A stretch of DNA of 64,000 nucleotides from Armatimonadota bacterium (GCA_963677485.1 OY781964.1:1536001-1600000); one strand, 5' to 3'; shown: positions 1 through 10,032, counted from the stretch's first letter. Notes: generated by a model from the letters alone, not told the origin. Made by a program: numbers and translations.

Positions 1-1130
1 CCCGCCGCCCCCAGCAGGGCACCGAGTAACGCCCAGCGGTATTTCAGAGGCTCCCTGCTCTCATCAAGGTCATTCTTGCGTCCGATGATGGCCTTCCCCA
101 CCTGCTTCAGGTAGTGCCGGCTCAGCCAGATGCTATACAGGAAGAACGAGAGGTAGGCGCCCATGCCCTGGTAGTTGGCGTAGGGGAACCGTGGGTCTTT
201 GTCGTAGCCGTAGGCCACCACGCCCACCTGCAGTAACTTCCAGTAGATATAGAAGAACCAGCAGGAGAACAGGAAATCCAACGGAAGCAGCATACCGAAC
301 CCGATCATGAAGGGATACCAGCTTATGGGTGTCCAGCCGATGGCGTTCCAGGGCTTATTGGGGAAGTAGGGTAGGATATCCACATAGCTGAGCCCAAAGC
401 CGGGCGTCAGCAGACCAGGGATGCTGGGGTAGTAGAGGTTCAGGCTGTTCGTGATGTCCATGATCGCCGCCGCGCCGAATGCCAGCCAGAAGGCCGGTTT
501 TCGGAACATCGCGGGGAACTGACCACTACCCGCATCATCGGTCAGTGCCATCGGCAGCATCACCACGGGGAAGCTCAGCTTCTCGTTATCCATCCACTGT
601 CGGCGCAGCAAGGCGTTCAGGCACTGCATCACCCACAGGATCAACCCCAAAAACAGGGTCCAAAACAAGATCACCGGCGCCCAGAGTTTCCAAAGCTGCA
701 CGGTGGGGAACGCGGTGTTCCCCTGATAGAAGTTGGCCACCGCCACCGGGTCGGACATCATGACCTGTTTGGGCAGGAATGGCAGCCACCGAGCCCAATC
801 GGGATGTGAGGACGGCATGTAGAAGGGGTAGGTCAGCACTTGGATCAAAATCTGCATCAGATCATGCGAGGCCATCACCGAGCTGAGCGCCATCATCATG
901 TAGATCACCAGCAGCTCGCCCTGGTTCATTGCCCAACTGGGCCGTTTACGCGCCACCAGCGTGTTGATCACGCTGAGCACCAGCACGATGAAGATCACAT
1001 TGAACAGGATGGAGATGGTGGTGGGGTGCGCGGAATACCGCACAAGCTCCATTTGAATTACCCACCAGGCGTTCAGGGGCGTTAACAGAGTACCAACAAG
1101 AAGAGAGCGCCAAGTGACCGCTTTTTGCAT
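1..1130 (-). CDS. Polytopic membrane protein, DUF6785-like (3' end runs off the window)
   Basis: Absent from the ORF track. Manual translation from ATG 1130 gives MQKAVTWRSLLVGTLLTPLNAWWVIQMELVRYSAHPTTISILFNVIFIVLVL...NQGELLVIYMMMALSS, with many hydrophobic helices; GGAG RBS upstream. Confidence 0.7.
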   Translation of the reverse strand, partial: MQKAVTWRSLLVGTLLTPLNAWWVIQMELVRYSAHPTTISILFNVIFIVLVLSVINTLVARKRPSWAMNQGELLVIYMMMALSSVMASHDLMQILIQVLTYPFYMPSSHPDWARWLPFLPKQVMMSDPVAVANFYQGNTAFPTVQLWKLWAPVILFWTLFLGLILWVMQCLNALLRRQWMDNEKLSFPVVMLPMALTDDAGSGQFPAMFRKPAFWLAFGAAAIMDITNSLNLYYPSIPGLLTPGFGLSYVDILPYFPNKPWNAIGWTPISWYPFMIGFGMLLPLDFLFSCWFFYIYWKLLQVGVVAYGYDKDPRFPYANYQGMGAYLSFFLYSIWLSRHYLKQVGKAIIGRKNDLDESREPLKYRWALLGALLGAA

Positions 1131-1249
1131 CTTCGAACTCCAATAAATTGTGCGACATATCTACCATAACCTGTTCGGCAGGTTTTCACAATGGAACGGG
1201 GCGTAAGAAACATCAGATGAGTAGGACGAGTAGGACGTGACCTATGCGC

Positions 1250-1345
1250 TTGACTATTCCTAGCCAAATAAGCCATATTAGGTATGGAACACCCCTTAGG
1301 CCTCTACGGCTCCGGCTGCAAGCTCAAATTGAGGGGTTCTTTTTT
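1250..1345 (+). promoter_or_regulatory. Sigma70-like promoter followed by a ~60-nt hairpin and U-tract (candidate sRNA/attenuator)
   Basis: TTGACT(1250)-18 nt-CATATT(1274); GAACACCCCTTA pairs with TGAGGGGTTC, followed by TTTTTT at 1340-1345. Confidence 0.35.
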
Positions 1346-1349
1346 AGCC

Positions 1350-1628
1350 CCCCTGGCACGCCAGTCTCGCTTAACCTCCCCATCCGCGTTCATCCGCGGT
1401 TCACATCCGTCTCCCGGCACGCCATTCCCGCACTCGTCCTATCTCCCCATTCGTGTCTTTCGTGTCTATTCGTGGTTCAAATTCCCTCATCCCCTGGCAC
1501 GCCAGTCTCGCTTAACCTCCCCATCCGCGTCCATCCGCGTCTATCCGCGGTTCACATCCGTCTCCCGGCACGCCATTCCCGCACTCGTCCCATCTCCCAT
1601 TCGTGTCCTTCGTGTCCATTTGTGGTTC
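1350..1628. repeat. ~141-bp imperfect tandem duplication of a repeat mosaic
   Basis: CCCCTGGCACGCCAGTCTCGCTTAACCTCCCCATCCGCGT...ATCCGCGGTTCACATCCGTCTCCCGGCACGCCATTCCCGCACTCGTCC starts at both 1350 and 1491. Confidence 0.9.
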
Positions 1629-1701
1629 GTTTTCCCTCCTCTCCTGCCTCCTTTCTCCCCAGCACTGGCATTACTAGACAGATTTGGGGTAAACTTGTGA
1701 C

Positions 1702-2646
1702 ATGCCATACTCTGTAGACGACAAAATCGTAATCGCGGTCTCCTCCCGCGCACTGTTCGACTTCCAGCGTGAAAACCTGGTGTTTGAGCTGGAAGGCGTG
1801 GAGTCGTATCGCAAATATCAGCAGGACCACCTGGACGAGGTGGCCGGCCCGGGTGTGGCCTTCCCACTGGTCAGCAAGCTGCTGCGCTTCAACAGCCCGC
1901 AACGGCGCCTTGTAGAGGTCATCGTGCTCAGCCGCAACGATCCGGTCAGCGGATTGCGCGTATTCCGCTCCGCCGAGGCACTGGAGATCGATGTGTCCCG
2001 CGGGATTTTCACGCGCGGAAACCCGCCGTTTGCGTATCTGCGCCCCTTCAATGCGGTGCTGTTTTTATCCGCTGAGCCGGGCGATGTGCGCGGGGCACTG
2101 GAGAACGGCTTCCCGGCGGCGACGGTCTACTCGCACCCGGGGACCAACCAGGACCCCAACCCCAACGAGCTGCGTATCGCGCTGGACGGCGACGGCGTGC
2201 TGTTTGACGACGCCAGCGAGTCGATATTCCAGAAACATGGCCTTGAGGAGTTCCAGCGTAACGAGCAGAAGAATGCCGACAGCCCCATGAACCCGGGCCC
2301 GTTTCTGCCCTTCATGAAGGCTTTACGATCGCTTCAGGATGCGGCCGAAGAGGACCGTCAGATCAGCATCCGCACGATGTTGATCACAGCACGGAATGCG
2401 CCTTCTCACGAGAGGGCGATCCGAACGCTGATGGATATGAAAATCGAGGTGGATGAGGCGGCTTTCCTTGGCGGCCTTGGGAAAATGGACTTCTTGCGGG
2501 AATTCCAACCCGATTTCTATTTTGATGACCAGCGGTGTTATACAGACGCCGCCTCAAGGGTCACTGCCAGTGGACATGTGCCTTTCGGAGCCGTGAATGC
2601 CCGAGTTCCAAAGGAGAAAAAGAAGAGCAATGATACGGTTTCCTAA
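1702..2646 (+). CDS. 5'-nucleotidase (PF06189 / cN-I-like family)
   Basis: Motifs IAVSSRALFD, EVIVLSRND, LRIALDGDGVLF, LITARNAPSHERAIRTL, FYFDDQ. Confidence 0.88.
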   Translation: MPYSVDDKIVIAVSSRALFDFQRENLVFELEGVESYRKYQQDHLDEVAGPGVAFPLVSKLLRFNSPQRRLVEVIVLSRNDPVSGLRVFRSAEALEIDVSRGIFTRGNPPFAYLRPFNAVLFLSAEPGDVRGALENGFPAATVYSHPGTNQDPNPNELRIALDGDGVLFDDASESIFQKHGLEEFQRNEQKNADSPMNPGPFLPFMKALRSLQDAAEEDRQISIRTMLITARNAPSHERAIRTLMDMKIEVDEAAFLGGLGKMDFLREFQPDFYFDDQRCYTDAASRVTASGHVPFGAVNARVPKEKKKSNDTVS

Positions 2647-2956
2647 ATGGCGATGGGGTATCAGTCTGGCTCTGCTCGTGGCGATACTGCTATTAACAGG
2701 ATGCTCCACAATCAACATCGAGGGCACCTGGCGAAGTGGTGATATCGACTCTGGTAGTTACTGGGAGTTTCGGCCTGACGGTAAAATGCAGGTCACCTCT
2801 GGCCTGATAGTGTTAAAAGGCAGCTACACCCTCAACGGGCATAAACTTAACACCAGCCAAGATCGTCAAATAGTGTATGATGTCACTTTGCACGATGATG
2901 AATTGACTCTTCAGAACGATGGGGATTCGATCGTTCTTTACCGGGTAAAGGAGTAA
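2630..2956 (+). CDS. Small lipoprotein, beta-rich (lipocalin/DUF5640-like)
   Basis: Likely start ATG 2630; lipobox LLTGC; IEGTW...WEFRPDG...GSY...LTL...IVLYR. Confidence 0.65.
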   Translation: MIRFPKWRWGISLALLVAILLLTGCSTINIEGTWRSGDIDSGSYWEFRPDGKMQVTSGLIVLKGSYTLNGHKLNTSQDRQIVYDVTLHDDELTLQNDGDSIVLYRVKE

Positions 2957-2962
2957 TCCTGA

Positions 2963-3301
2963 ATGGAAAAGAAGAATACGTCCGTTGTTGTTGCACTGAG
3001 TGCGGCCATAGTTTGTGTGGCAGTAGTGCGTCGTTTGATGCAGCCCAAGATCGTGGGCCGATGGGAAGAGCTGACCGAGCCCCGCCCCACGATGTGGCAT
3101 TTTCGAAGCAGCGGCACACTAGAACTCACCCGCTGGCCCTGGTGGGTGGTGATGAAATACACGGTTCGAAACAATACAGTATGCATCACCAACACGGATG
3201 GTTCCTCGCACACTTATTTGTGGCGGCTTGAAGACGACCGTCTTATTTTGAGCGGCAGCGAGCAGAGCATCGTGTTATACCGTTATGTGGATGAAGCCTA
3301 A
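2963..3301 (+). CDS. Small membrane-anchored protein, paralog of the upstream lipoprotein
   Basis: N-terminal hydrophobic segment; IVGRW...WHFRSSG...SIVLYR pattern shared with 2630-2956. Confidence 0.6.
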   Translation: MEKKNTSVVVALSAAIVCVAVVRRLMQPKIVGRWEELTEPRPTMWHFRSSGTLELTRWPWWVVMKYTVRNNTVCITNTDGSSHTYLWRLEDDRLILSGSEQSIVLYRYVDEA

Positions 3302-3517
3302 ACCTCACCCTCTCTGCCCTGTTACGCCTTAGTTTGGTTCTGATCGCTTCAGTTGCGCTTCCTTCATATCTGTGTTGATGTCGACACTTCCATGTACTGT
3401 GATCTTTGATAGAACGGTTTATTGATCTCTATCGTGCGGTAATCCATCTGGTCTGATTGCAGCGTGTAGCCTATTACCGTATCATGTATCCAAACTGCTA
3501 TTCACAGGAGTATCATC

Positions 3518-4648
3518 GTGCAGGATTCGCTACACACCATCGTGGAGGCTCTGCGCCGCGATTTCATACTGGCAGAGGGGGTTCATGCTGGTGACCGCCT
3601 GCCCGCCGTGCGTGAGTTGGTGGATCGCTACAGCGCGTCGGCTACGACTGTCGTGAATGCCCTGAGTGTGCTTCAGCGTGAAGGGGCCGTGGTGAAGATC
3701 AGCCGGGTGGGCGTGTTTGTGGCCGATTACGTCAAGCCGGTCAACCAGATCAGGCGCATGGGGCTGGTGCTGCAGATTGACGGGGCGGAGATATCTGTGC
3801 AATCGCAAACCGGTGTGCAGATCGCCTGTCAGGCGAAAGGCTGGTCGCTGGAGGTCTCATCAAGTGGCAACAATGTGGTGAGGGAGCGGCAGATCGTGCA
3901 TCGCATGGTGAAATCGGGATGTGAGACGATCGTCGTCTACCCCGCGCTGCGGACTGCCGAGGCGCTGCGTAATGATTACCTGGGCAGGGAACTGCGCGAC
4001 TTTCCCATCGTGCTGGTGGACGTCGCCTACCGAGAGCAAAAGCGTCCTTCGGTGGTGTTTGACAACTACCATGCCGGGTACGATATGACCAAGCTGTTGA
4101 TACAAAAAGGCCACACACGGATCGCGTTTCAAAGGTGCGGTATCGCACCCAGCGATCCGATGTTGAAATCAAATGTCGACCGGTATCAGGGCTACCTTGA
4201 TGCGCTGAAGCAGAACGGGCTGGCGGTCAGTGCCAATGCCGAGATCAGCATTCCTAACTGGGACCAGGTCGATCCGCTGCTGTTTGAACGAATCATGAAA
4301 CGCTGGATGATGAACCCAAACCGCCCGACTGTGATTATCGCCGTGGCGGACTATTGGGCCATGCGGCTGGCAGACCAGGCCCGGGCGTTTGGAATTCGGG
4401 TGCCCGAAGATTTCGAGGTGGTGGGATTTGATAACTCCCAGATCGGAGGAAATCCGACCTTCCCCATGCTTACCAGCCACCCGGACTTCTCGCGCGCCGG
4501 ACAGATCGGCGCAGAGATGGCCATGAACCTGGCCAACGGCACCATTCTGGACAGTGACCGATATATGCTGCCCGCCACCATCGACACCTGGCACCGCATT
4601 GAACCGGAAGTCATCGGCAACTTTGAGGTGGTCAGCAGTTACCTATAA
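3518..4648 (+). CDS. GntR-HTH / LacI-type sensor hybrid transcriptional regulator (AraR-like architecture)
   Basis: GDRLPAVRELVDRY..S..TV..AL..L..EG (GntR wHTH); C-terminal VVFDNYHAG, GHTRIA, GIRVPEDFEVVGFD; RBS AGGAG with GTG start. Confidence 0.88.
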   Translation: MQDSLHTIVEALRRDFILAEGVHAGDRLPAVRELVDRYSASATTVVNALSVLQREGAVVKISRVGVFVADYVKPVNQIRRMGLVLQIDGAEISVQSQTGVQIACQAKGWSLEVSSSGNNVVRERQIVHRMVKSGCETIVVYPALRTAEALRNDYLGRELRDFPIVLVDVAYREQKRPSVVFDNYHAGYDMTKLLIQKGHTRIAFQRCGIAPSDPMLKSNVDRYQGYLDALKQNGLAVSANAEISIPNWDQVDPLLFERIMKRWMMNPNRPTVIIAVADYWAMRLADQARAFGIRVPEDFEVVGFDNSQIGGNPTFPMLTSHPDFSRAGQIGAEMAMNLANGTILDSDRYMLPATIDTWHRIEPEVIGNFEVVSSYL

Positions 4649-4765
4649 GGTAGGCTGAGGTGGGAATGCCATCTCGGGCTGACATCTTACATATCTTGGC
4701 GGCTTTCAAAAGGCAGCCATCAATCAAAATGGACGATAAATCGATAATACGGGAGAACAGAACTC

Positions 4766-6301
4766 ATGAGACTCAACCGAGATGACTACCGTGATAAGGT
4801 ACTGGGATGCTGGCTTGGCAAGAACATAGGCGGCACATTAGGCGCACCGATGGAGTGGCGCAGGCAGCTCAACGATGTTAGCTTCTACACTCAGGATCTG
4901 GGTGGTGAACCGCTGCCAAACGACGACCTGGACATCCAACTTCTGTGGCTTCGGGCCATGGAGGAGAAGGGCATCGACATCGATGCACAGATACTGGCCG
5001 ACTACTGGTGCCTGTATGTCACCCCTCACTGGTGTGAGTATGGCACCGGCAAGATTAACATGCGCCAGGGGATGCTTCCCCCCATCTGCGGCAGCTACAA
5101 GAACGCCTACAAGCACAGTTGCGGCGCCTTCATCCGCAGCGAAATCTGGGCGTGTATCTGCCCTGGCCGTCCCGACCTGGCGGCGAAATACTGCTACGAA
5201 GATGCCATTCTAGACCACGGCGACGGTGAAGGCACCTACGCCGAGGTATTCGTGGGGGCCCTGGAGGCCGCCGCGTTTGTGGTGGACGACCTGCGCAAGC
5301 TGATTGAGATCGGCCTGAGCTACATCCCCGCCGAATGCGAAACCGCCAAGGCGGTGGCCACCGCGATTGAGGCCGCCGATAAGGGCATGGACTGGGTCGA
5401 GGCACGTGACCTGATCCTCGAGCGTCACCGCGGTGGGGCCTTCTTCCGGATGAACTCGCTGATCAGCGAGCGTGACCAGGCGAAGGGTTTCCATGAGGGC
5501 GATCTGGGCTTCGATGTGCCCAGCAATATCGGCATGACGGTATTGGGTCTGCTGTTGGGCGGCCACGACTTCGACAAGATGCTCTGCACCACCGTCAACT
5601 GCGGCGAAGATACCGACTGCACCGGCGCCACCGCAGGCAGCATCTATGGCATTATCCATGGAGCAAAAAGCATCCCTGAGCGCTGGATTGAGCCCATCGG
5701 ACGCAACATTAGAGTGGCCTGCCTGAACGTAGGCGAACTGGGTGGCATGCAGGCCGCGGAGCTTCCGCTGGACGTGGATAGCCTGACTGACCGCACGGAG
5801 AAGCTGGCCTGTCAGGTGAGTTTACGACGCGCGGGTATGGACATTTGGAGCACCGAACCCACCGATTTGGCCGATGTCAACCCCGCGGCCTTGATGTGCC
5901 GCGACGGTGGAGCCTCGCTTTACAACGCACTGCGCGGACCGAAGTTTGAGTTCTCTGACTTCACCTTCTACCTCGACTACGTGGGCGGTCCTGAGATCCG
6001 CGATGGCGAACCCAAGACAGTCAGGGTAACCATTCAGAACACCTACAAGGTGCAGTCCAACCTGAGCCTGCATTGGTATCTGGCGGAAGGCTGGGAGGTT
6101 TCGCCATCTACCGATGGGTATGTGATGAGCCTTCATGCCTCCATCGGGTATCCGCAGGTGCTCACATTCCAGTTCACCGCACCGAAGGTGACTCGCAGCC
6201 TGAGCCGCGCCGCGCTGGAGGTGAGTGTGGAAGGGCGTCCCACCGTGATGCTCATCCCGCTGCAGTTCGTCAACGGCAACATGCAAAGCATCGACGGGTA
6301 G
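4766..6301 (+). CDS. ADP-ribosylglycohydrolase family protein with C-terminal beta-sandwich domain
   Basis: GCWLGKNIGGTLGAPME, PNDDLD, GAFIRSEIW, CGEDTDCTGATAGSIYG, IPERWI. Confidence 0.85.
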   Translation: MRLNRDDYRDKVLGCWLGKNIGGTLGAPMEWRRQLNDVSFYTQDLGGEPLPNDDLDIQLLWLRAMEEKGIDIDAQILADYWCLYVTPHWCEYGTGKINMRQGMLPPICGSYKNAYKHSCGAFIRSEIWACICPGRPDLAAKYCYEDAILDHGDGEGTYAEVFVGALEAAAFVVDDLRKLIEIGLSYIPAECETAKAVATAIEAADKGMDWVEARDLILERHRGGAFFRMNSLISERDQAKGFHEGDLGFDVPSNIGMTVLGLLLGGHDFDKMLCTTVNCGEDTDCTGATAGSIYGIIHGAKSIPERWIEPIGRNIRVACLNVGELGGMQAAELPLDVDSLTDRTEKLACQVSLRRAGMDIWSTEPTDLADVNPAALMCRDGGASLYNALRGPKFEFSDFTFYLDYVGGPEIRDGEPKTVRVTIQNTYKVQSNLSLHWYLAEGWEVSPSTDGYVMSLHASIGYPQVLTFQFTAPKVTRSLSRAALEVSVEGRPTVMLIPLQFVNGNMQSIDG

Positions 6302-6314
6302 CATGTAGGGATTG

Positions 6315-6472
6315 CCTCACGCGGAGGCGCGGAGGTAGCGGAGGAATGACCGCGCCGGGTTGTCAGCGCACACAAGCGGTGTGCAGATGTTATCCGGCGC
6401 GGTCTGATTCCACATGGGCGGTGATTGCGGAACAAGCTCCGTCTCACGCGAAGCCGCGAAGACGCGAAAGGT
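6315..6472. repeat. CTCACGCGRAG-NCGCGRAG periodic repeats
   Basis: CTCACGCGGAGGCGCGGAGG (~6316) and CTCACGCGAAGCCGCGAAGACGCGAAAG (~6443); also at ~19402 and inverted at ~47089. Confidence 0.7.
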
Positions 6473-6542
6473 GGGAATGAATGATCGGCAGACTATCGGT
6501 ATATGCTGAAACCAACGACCCAGCGAAATGCAGGTTAACTAG

Positions 6543-7241
6543 ATGATACTCACAATTGTTTTAATGGTATTGTGGATTACCAACGCAGCGATGATGTTGG
6601 GTGTTACCTTTAGGAGGCGTCCATATACCTCTTCTGTAGATGGATTTAGTGCCACAGAAAGTATTCCTTACTTGATGTCCATTAACCGCTGCGGTCCGTA
6701 TGTTTTTGTACCGCTAGCGTGGCTGTCAGTACTTATCCATATTGGTGATATCAAATATGTGATGGATGTAGTCGGGTGCGCTTTTGCTATTATTGCTCCT
6801 GGATTCGCAGCGCATTATTGGTACAAACATGCAAACATGAAAGCGGAAGAATACATCAAGGATATCGGAAACCATCCCATGAAAGTCAGCAGGGCTGCTC
6901 GTATACAGTTTATGGTGGCCTTATATGTTTTTTTCATCATCTGCTGTATACTCTTTTCTATAGACAGATCGTCCGTAGTGGTTCTACCGGCAGGCATGAA
7001 ATGGACTCACATCGTTCTACTGTGCGTGTCGATCTGCCTTACATGCCGCAGACCGCCATGGATGTGGGATGTGCTTGAGACACAATGGGCTGCCAAGGTA
7101 ACATACGGCGTGGCCGTCATGTCTTTGTTGATATGTGTCAACAATATCCATGCCATGGGAACTGCATTTATGTATCTTGGCAGTGGATATATGTTGATGG
7201 GATTGTTGAAGCCTGGGGATCAGGTTCCGAAAAAGACCTGA
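6543..7241 (+). CDS. Orphan multi-pass membrane protein, AT-richer than its flanks
   Basis: 232-aa ORF with about 7 hydrophobic segments. Confidence 0.65.
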   Translation: MILTIVLMVLWITNAAMMLGVTFRRRPYTSSVDGFSATESIPYLMSINRCGPYVFVPLAWLSVLIHIGDIKYVMDVVGCAFAIIAPGFAAHYWYKHANMKAEEYIKDIGNHPMKVSRAARIQFMVALYVFFIICCILFSIDRSSVVVLPAGMKWTHIVLLCVSICLTCRRPPWMWDVLETQWAAKVTYGVAVMSLLICVNNIHAMGTAFMYLGSGYMLMGLLKPGDQVPKKT

Positions 7242-7299
7242 AACTGCATTCATCATTGAGTAACTTTCATCCGGGTGGTGGTTGCCTGGAGTCCGCGTC

Positions 7300-7470
7300 G
7301 GAACCTCCCCTGCGCCTGCTTGCGGGCTGGCAACGCATAAGCGATGGCGATGGAACCCGTCGTAGCGGGGATACTGGCTATGATCGGAGGTGATCAGCCA
7401 CGTTGCCGCGGGTTTAGTCACCCCACGGGACTGGCGTCCCTTAACAGGGTTCCCTCACCGCGCGTCTGAT
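7300..7470. repeat. Dispersed modular repeat; inverted copy at ~58210-58472
   Basis: CCGCGGGTTTAGTCACCCCCACGGGACTGGCGTCCCTTAACAGGGTTCCCTCACCGCGCGTCT is the near reverse complement of 58403-58465. Confidence 0.85.
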
Positions 7471-7529
7471 TGTGTGGCTACCCGCAAGCGGGTGCAGTAG
7501 CCATCCGACAGACTGCGCCTGCCTTCCGT

Positions 7530-7654
7530 CCCATCCGTGTCATCCGTGGCTCAGACAAACCGGGCATCGGACGGATGAGAGAGATCGGACAGATCACAAT
7601 GGACACGGCACGCCATGTCCCTACACAGGGTAGGCATAACGCGCCTGCCCCTAC
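7530..7654. repeat. ATCCGTGTCATCCGTGG-TCAGAC repeat plus two GTAG-type REP hairpins
   Basis: CCCATCCGTGTCATCCGTGGCTCAGACAAAC; GGACACGGCACGCCATGTCCCTAC; GGGTAGGCATAACGCGCCTGCCCCTAC overlapping the neighbouring stop codon. Confidence 0.75.
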
Positions 7655-10032
7655 CGCACCACCAGGCGTATGCGGATGTTGTCTATCGACACGGCGGCTT
7701 GGCCGTGGATCGAAAAAAACAGGTGGTAGTCGTTGAACTCCGTCGGCTCAATGGTGACCGTTTTATGACCCACCTGACCAGCCGCGCCACGCCACTGCCG
7801 ATAGTTGCCCACATCCTTCTGCCAGCCTCCGAGAACGGTGCGGGCGGCGACCGCAAAGGGCATCGACTGCTTCCCTTTCGAGATCACGCGGTAGTCGAAA
7901 TCCACCACATACTTTTCACCAGGGATGAGCCGCAGCTTCTCAGGCCGTCCGGACAGGAACAGGTTCCATTCCTGCTTCCCCACCCGAGAGTCGCAATAAA
8001 GCGAACGGCCTTTGCCGATCACCCTGTCGGGAGCCGAGGTAAGTTTGGTCACCGCATCTTTGGACGGATTGATCTCGAGTTGGTCCGGCCAAGCCCCTTC
8101 GAAGTCGTATTTTGCGACCGTCTCATACACCCCATCAGGCAGATCGAGCTCGGGGAACAGCGGCAAACGGGCGATGTTGCGCGGCTTCGTTAGCTCTGAG
8201 GCCACGATGGCCCTCTCCCGCCGGAAGTAGGGCAGCATCTCGCTTGGTCGCATGGAGATGTTGGTATATCCCTGCCAGACCTCGTTGTGGTTCCACGGCG
8301 GCTCCACGCTGATCCGGCTCTGCCAGCCCCCGGTCGGTCCGGGGAATGCGGATTCTGCCAGCACGCTCATGCGCCGCCACCACTCGTTCGAGGCATCGAG
8401 GTGTTTCAACACGCTCGCGGTTGTGGACGATGGCTTGCCCAGCTTCCAAGCTTGCCAGGCCAGACCGGTGCGGATCCGTTCGGCGTAGTGCAGCCCCATC
8501 AAGCAGTTGAACTCCATCAGCAGCATACTGTTCGGCAGCTCCTGCTTCCGTAATGTGCTTAGGCCCACCAGAGGCTTGGCGGTCTGCAGCGCCTTCATGG
8601 AGGACCGGCACAGTCGCTCCATCTCATCGGCGATCTCGACCGGTGTGGTCGCCTTGCGTCCCTTGATCTGCCGCACCCCGGCCACATACTGCTTGATGGA
8701 CAGCACCTCTTCGCCCCAGCTCGGATTGGGCCAGGTGAGGCCCATATTGGGGGTCAACCGGCCCTTGGCATCCACCGATTCGTGGTTCTCGAACACGTAG
8801 CTTGAGATGGTGGGCATCTCCAGGATGTTCACCAGCAGCATCCCCAGCTGCGGCATGTAGTGGTCGGTCTGGCTGTGAACAAGGTGCATGAAGCGGGGCA
8901 TCACATTACTGGAGTCAATCATGGCCCTCAGCAGCGGCTTTGCGATCTGGGGGTTACCGTAGCGCGCGGCGATACGTCCCTGCCAGTAATCCGCCCCGTC
9001 CTTTTGATACGGGTTGAGCGAATACCGCTCAAACGCCTCGCGGGCGACCCAGCGCTCTGCATAACCAGCCAGGTAGTCGGTGCCCTGGAAAAAGATGCCC
9101 CCACCGTTCTTTTTCACCAGGTCCTGCATCATGGTCTGGATGAAGAATGGGTCGCCGAAGAAGGGCACGCCCATCGGTCCGCCCATGGTGACCACTTTCA
9201 AGCCACCAAGGGAATCGCTGGTCATCTTGATGCGCGGATCGGCGGTGGGACGGAAGAAGTTCTCGTATTGCAGGTAGTGCAGCGCCATCTTGGGGCCTGG
9301 GTAGGAGTCAAGTATGCTCTTGGCAGCCTCGGGGTAGGAGCACCAGGTCCAGAACACAAACTCCGGCAGTGCCTTCCGCGGGCTGGAGTTGGTGACCGAG
9401 TCACGCAGCCCGGTGACGATGGCGGATTTCACGAAATCCGTGCAGCCGGGAGGGTTTTCGGCTGCCATGGTGATCAGACCGCCGAGGTCGGGATATGTGC
9501 GGTACATCTCGTCGACCACATAGCGGGTGTAGCTGCGCGTCAGCGCGGTGTCTTCGCCGAACTCATTCAAGCCGTGCGCCTTCTGCATCCCCGGCGGCAG
9601 GCAGATATTCCAGATCAGCAGGTAGATGCTCACGCCGTATTTCTTGCCCTCGGAGGTGATCCAGCGGAACATCTTAATCTGCCGCTGGGTCTCTTCATCG
9701 CTCAGCAGCCGTGCTTCGGGATATTTATCTAGCTTGATGAAACCCACGAAGGGGTGCGGGTGCCAGTAGACGATGGAGTTGAGGCCCGCGGCTTGATACT
9801 GTTCGAAGGTTTTACACCAGTAATTTGTATCAAACCACCACCAATTCGTGGAGTGGTCGTTCTGCTCAAACCCCTTCCAGTTGTTGTTATACAGACTGGA
9901 GCCCAGCCAGAACGGCATCGGCCCGGCCGTGCCGCGCAGCTTCAAGGGCGATTCCGCACTGGCAACCCCGCTCAGCACCACCAGCACCATCAAGATCATG
10001 AAAACACGCCGTAAATACAAAGGAACACGCAT
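7651..10032 (-). CDS. Secreted putative glycoside hydrolase (TIM-barrel-like core, C-terminal CBM-like jelly-roll)
   Basis: Signal peptide; NSIVYWHPHPFVGFIKLDKYPEA, YPDLGGLITMAAE; ends in VSIDNIRI. Confidence 0.65.
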   Translation of the reverse strand: MRVPLYLRRVFMILMVLVVLSGVASAESPLKLRGTAGPMPFWLGSSLYNNNWKGFEQNDHSTNWWWFDTNYWCKTFEQYQAAGLNSIVYWHPHPFVGFIKLDKYPEARLLSDEETQRQIKMFRWITSEGKKYGVSIYLLIWNICLPPGMQKAHGLNEFGEDTALTRSYTRYVVDEMYRTYPDLGGLITMAAENPPGCTDFVKSAIVTGLRDSVTNSSPRKALPEFVFWTWCSYPEAAKSILDSYPGPKMALHYLQYENFFRPTADPRIKMTSDSLGGLKVVTMGGPMGVPFFGDPFFIQTMMQDLVKKNGGGIFFQGTDYLAGYAERWVAREAFERYSLNPYQKDGADYWQGRIAARYGNPQIAKPLLRAMIDSSNVMPRFMHLVHSQTDHYMPQLGMLLVNILEMPTISSYVFENHESVDAKGRLTPNMGLTWPNPSWGEEVLSIKQYVAGVRQIKGRKATTPVEIADEMERLCRSSMKALQTAKPLVGLSTLRKQELPNSMLLMEFNCLMGLHYAERIRTGLAWQAWKLGKPSSTTASVLKHLDASNEWWRRMSVLAESAFPGPTGGWQSRISVEPPWNHNEVWQGYTNISMRPSEMLPYFRRERAIVASELTKPRNIARLPLFPELDLPDGVYETVAKYDFEGAWPDQLEINPSKDAVTKLTSAPDRVIGKGRSLYCDSRVGKQEWNLFLSGRPEKLRLIPGEKYVVDFDYRVISKGKQSMPFAVAARTVLGGWQKDVGNYRQWRGAAGQVGHKTVTIEPTEFNDYHLFFSIHGQAAVSIDNIRIRLVVR

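Noticed and set aside
1350-1628. Possible CRISPR array
   Set aside because: Two long tandem units without unique spacers; no cas genes in the window.
1244-1717. ORFs of 157 and 138 aa with internal repeats
   Set aside because: Translations of the non-coding repeat mosaic.
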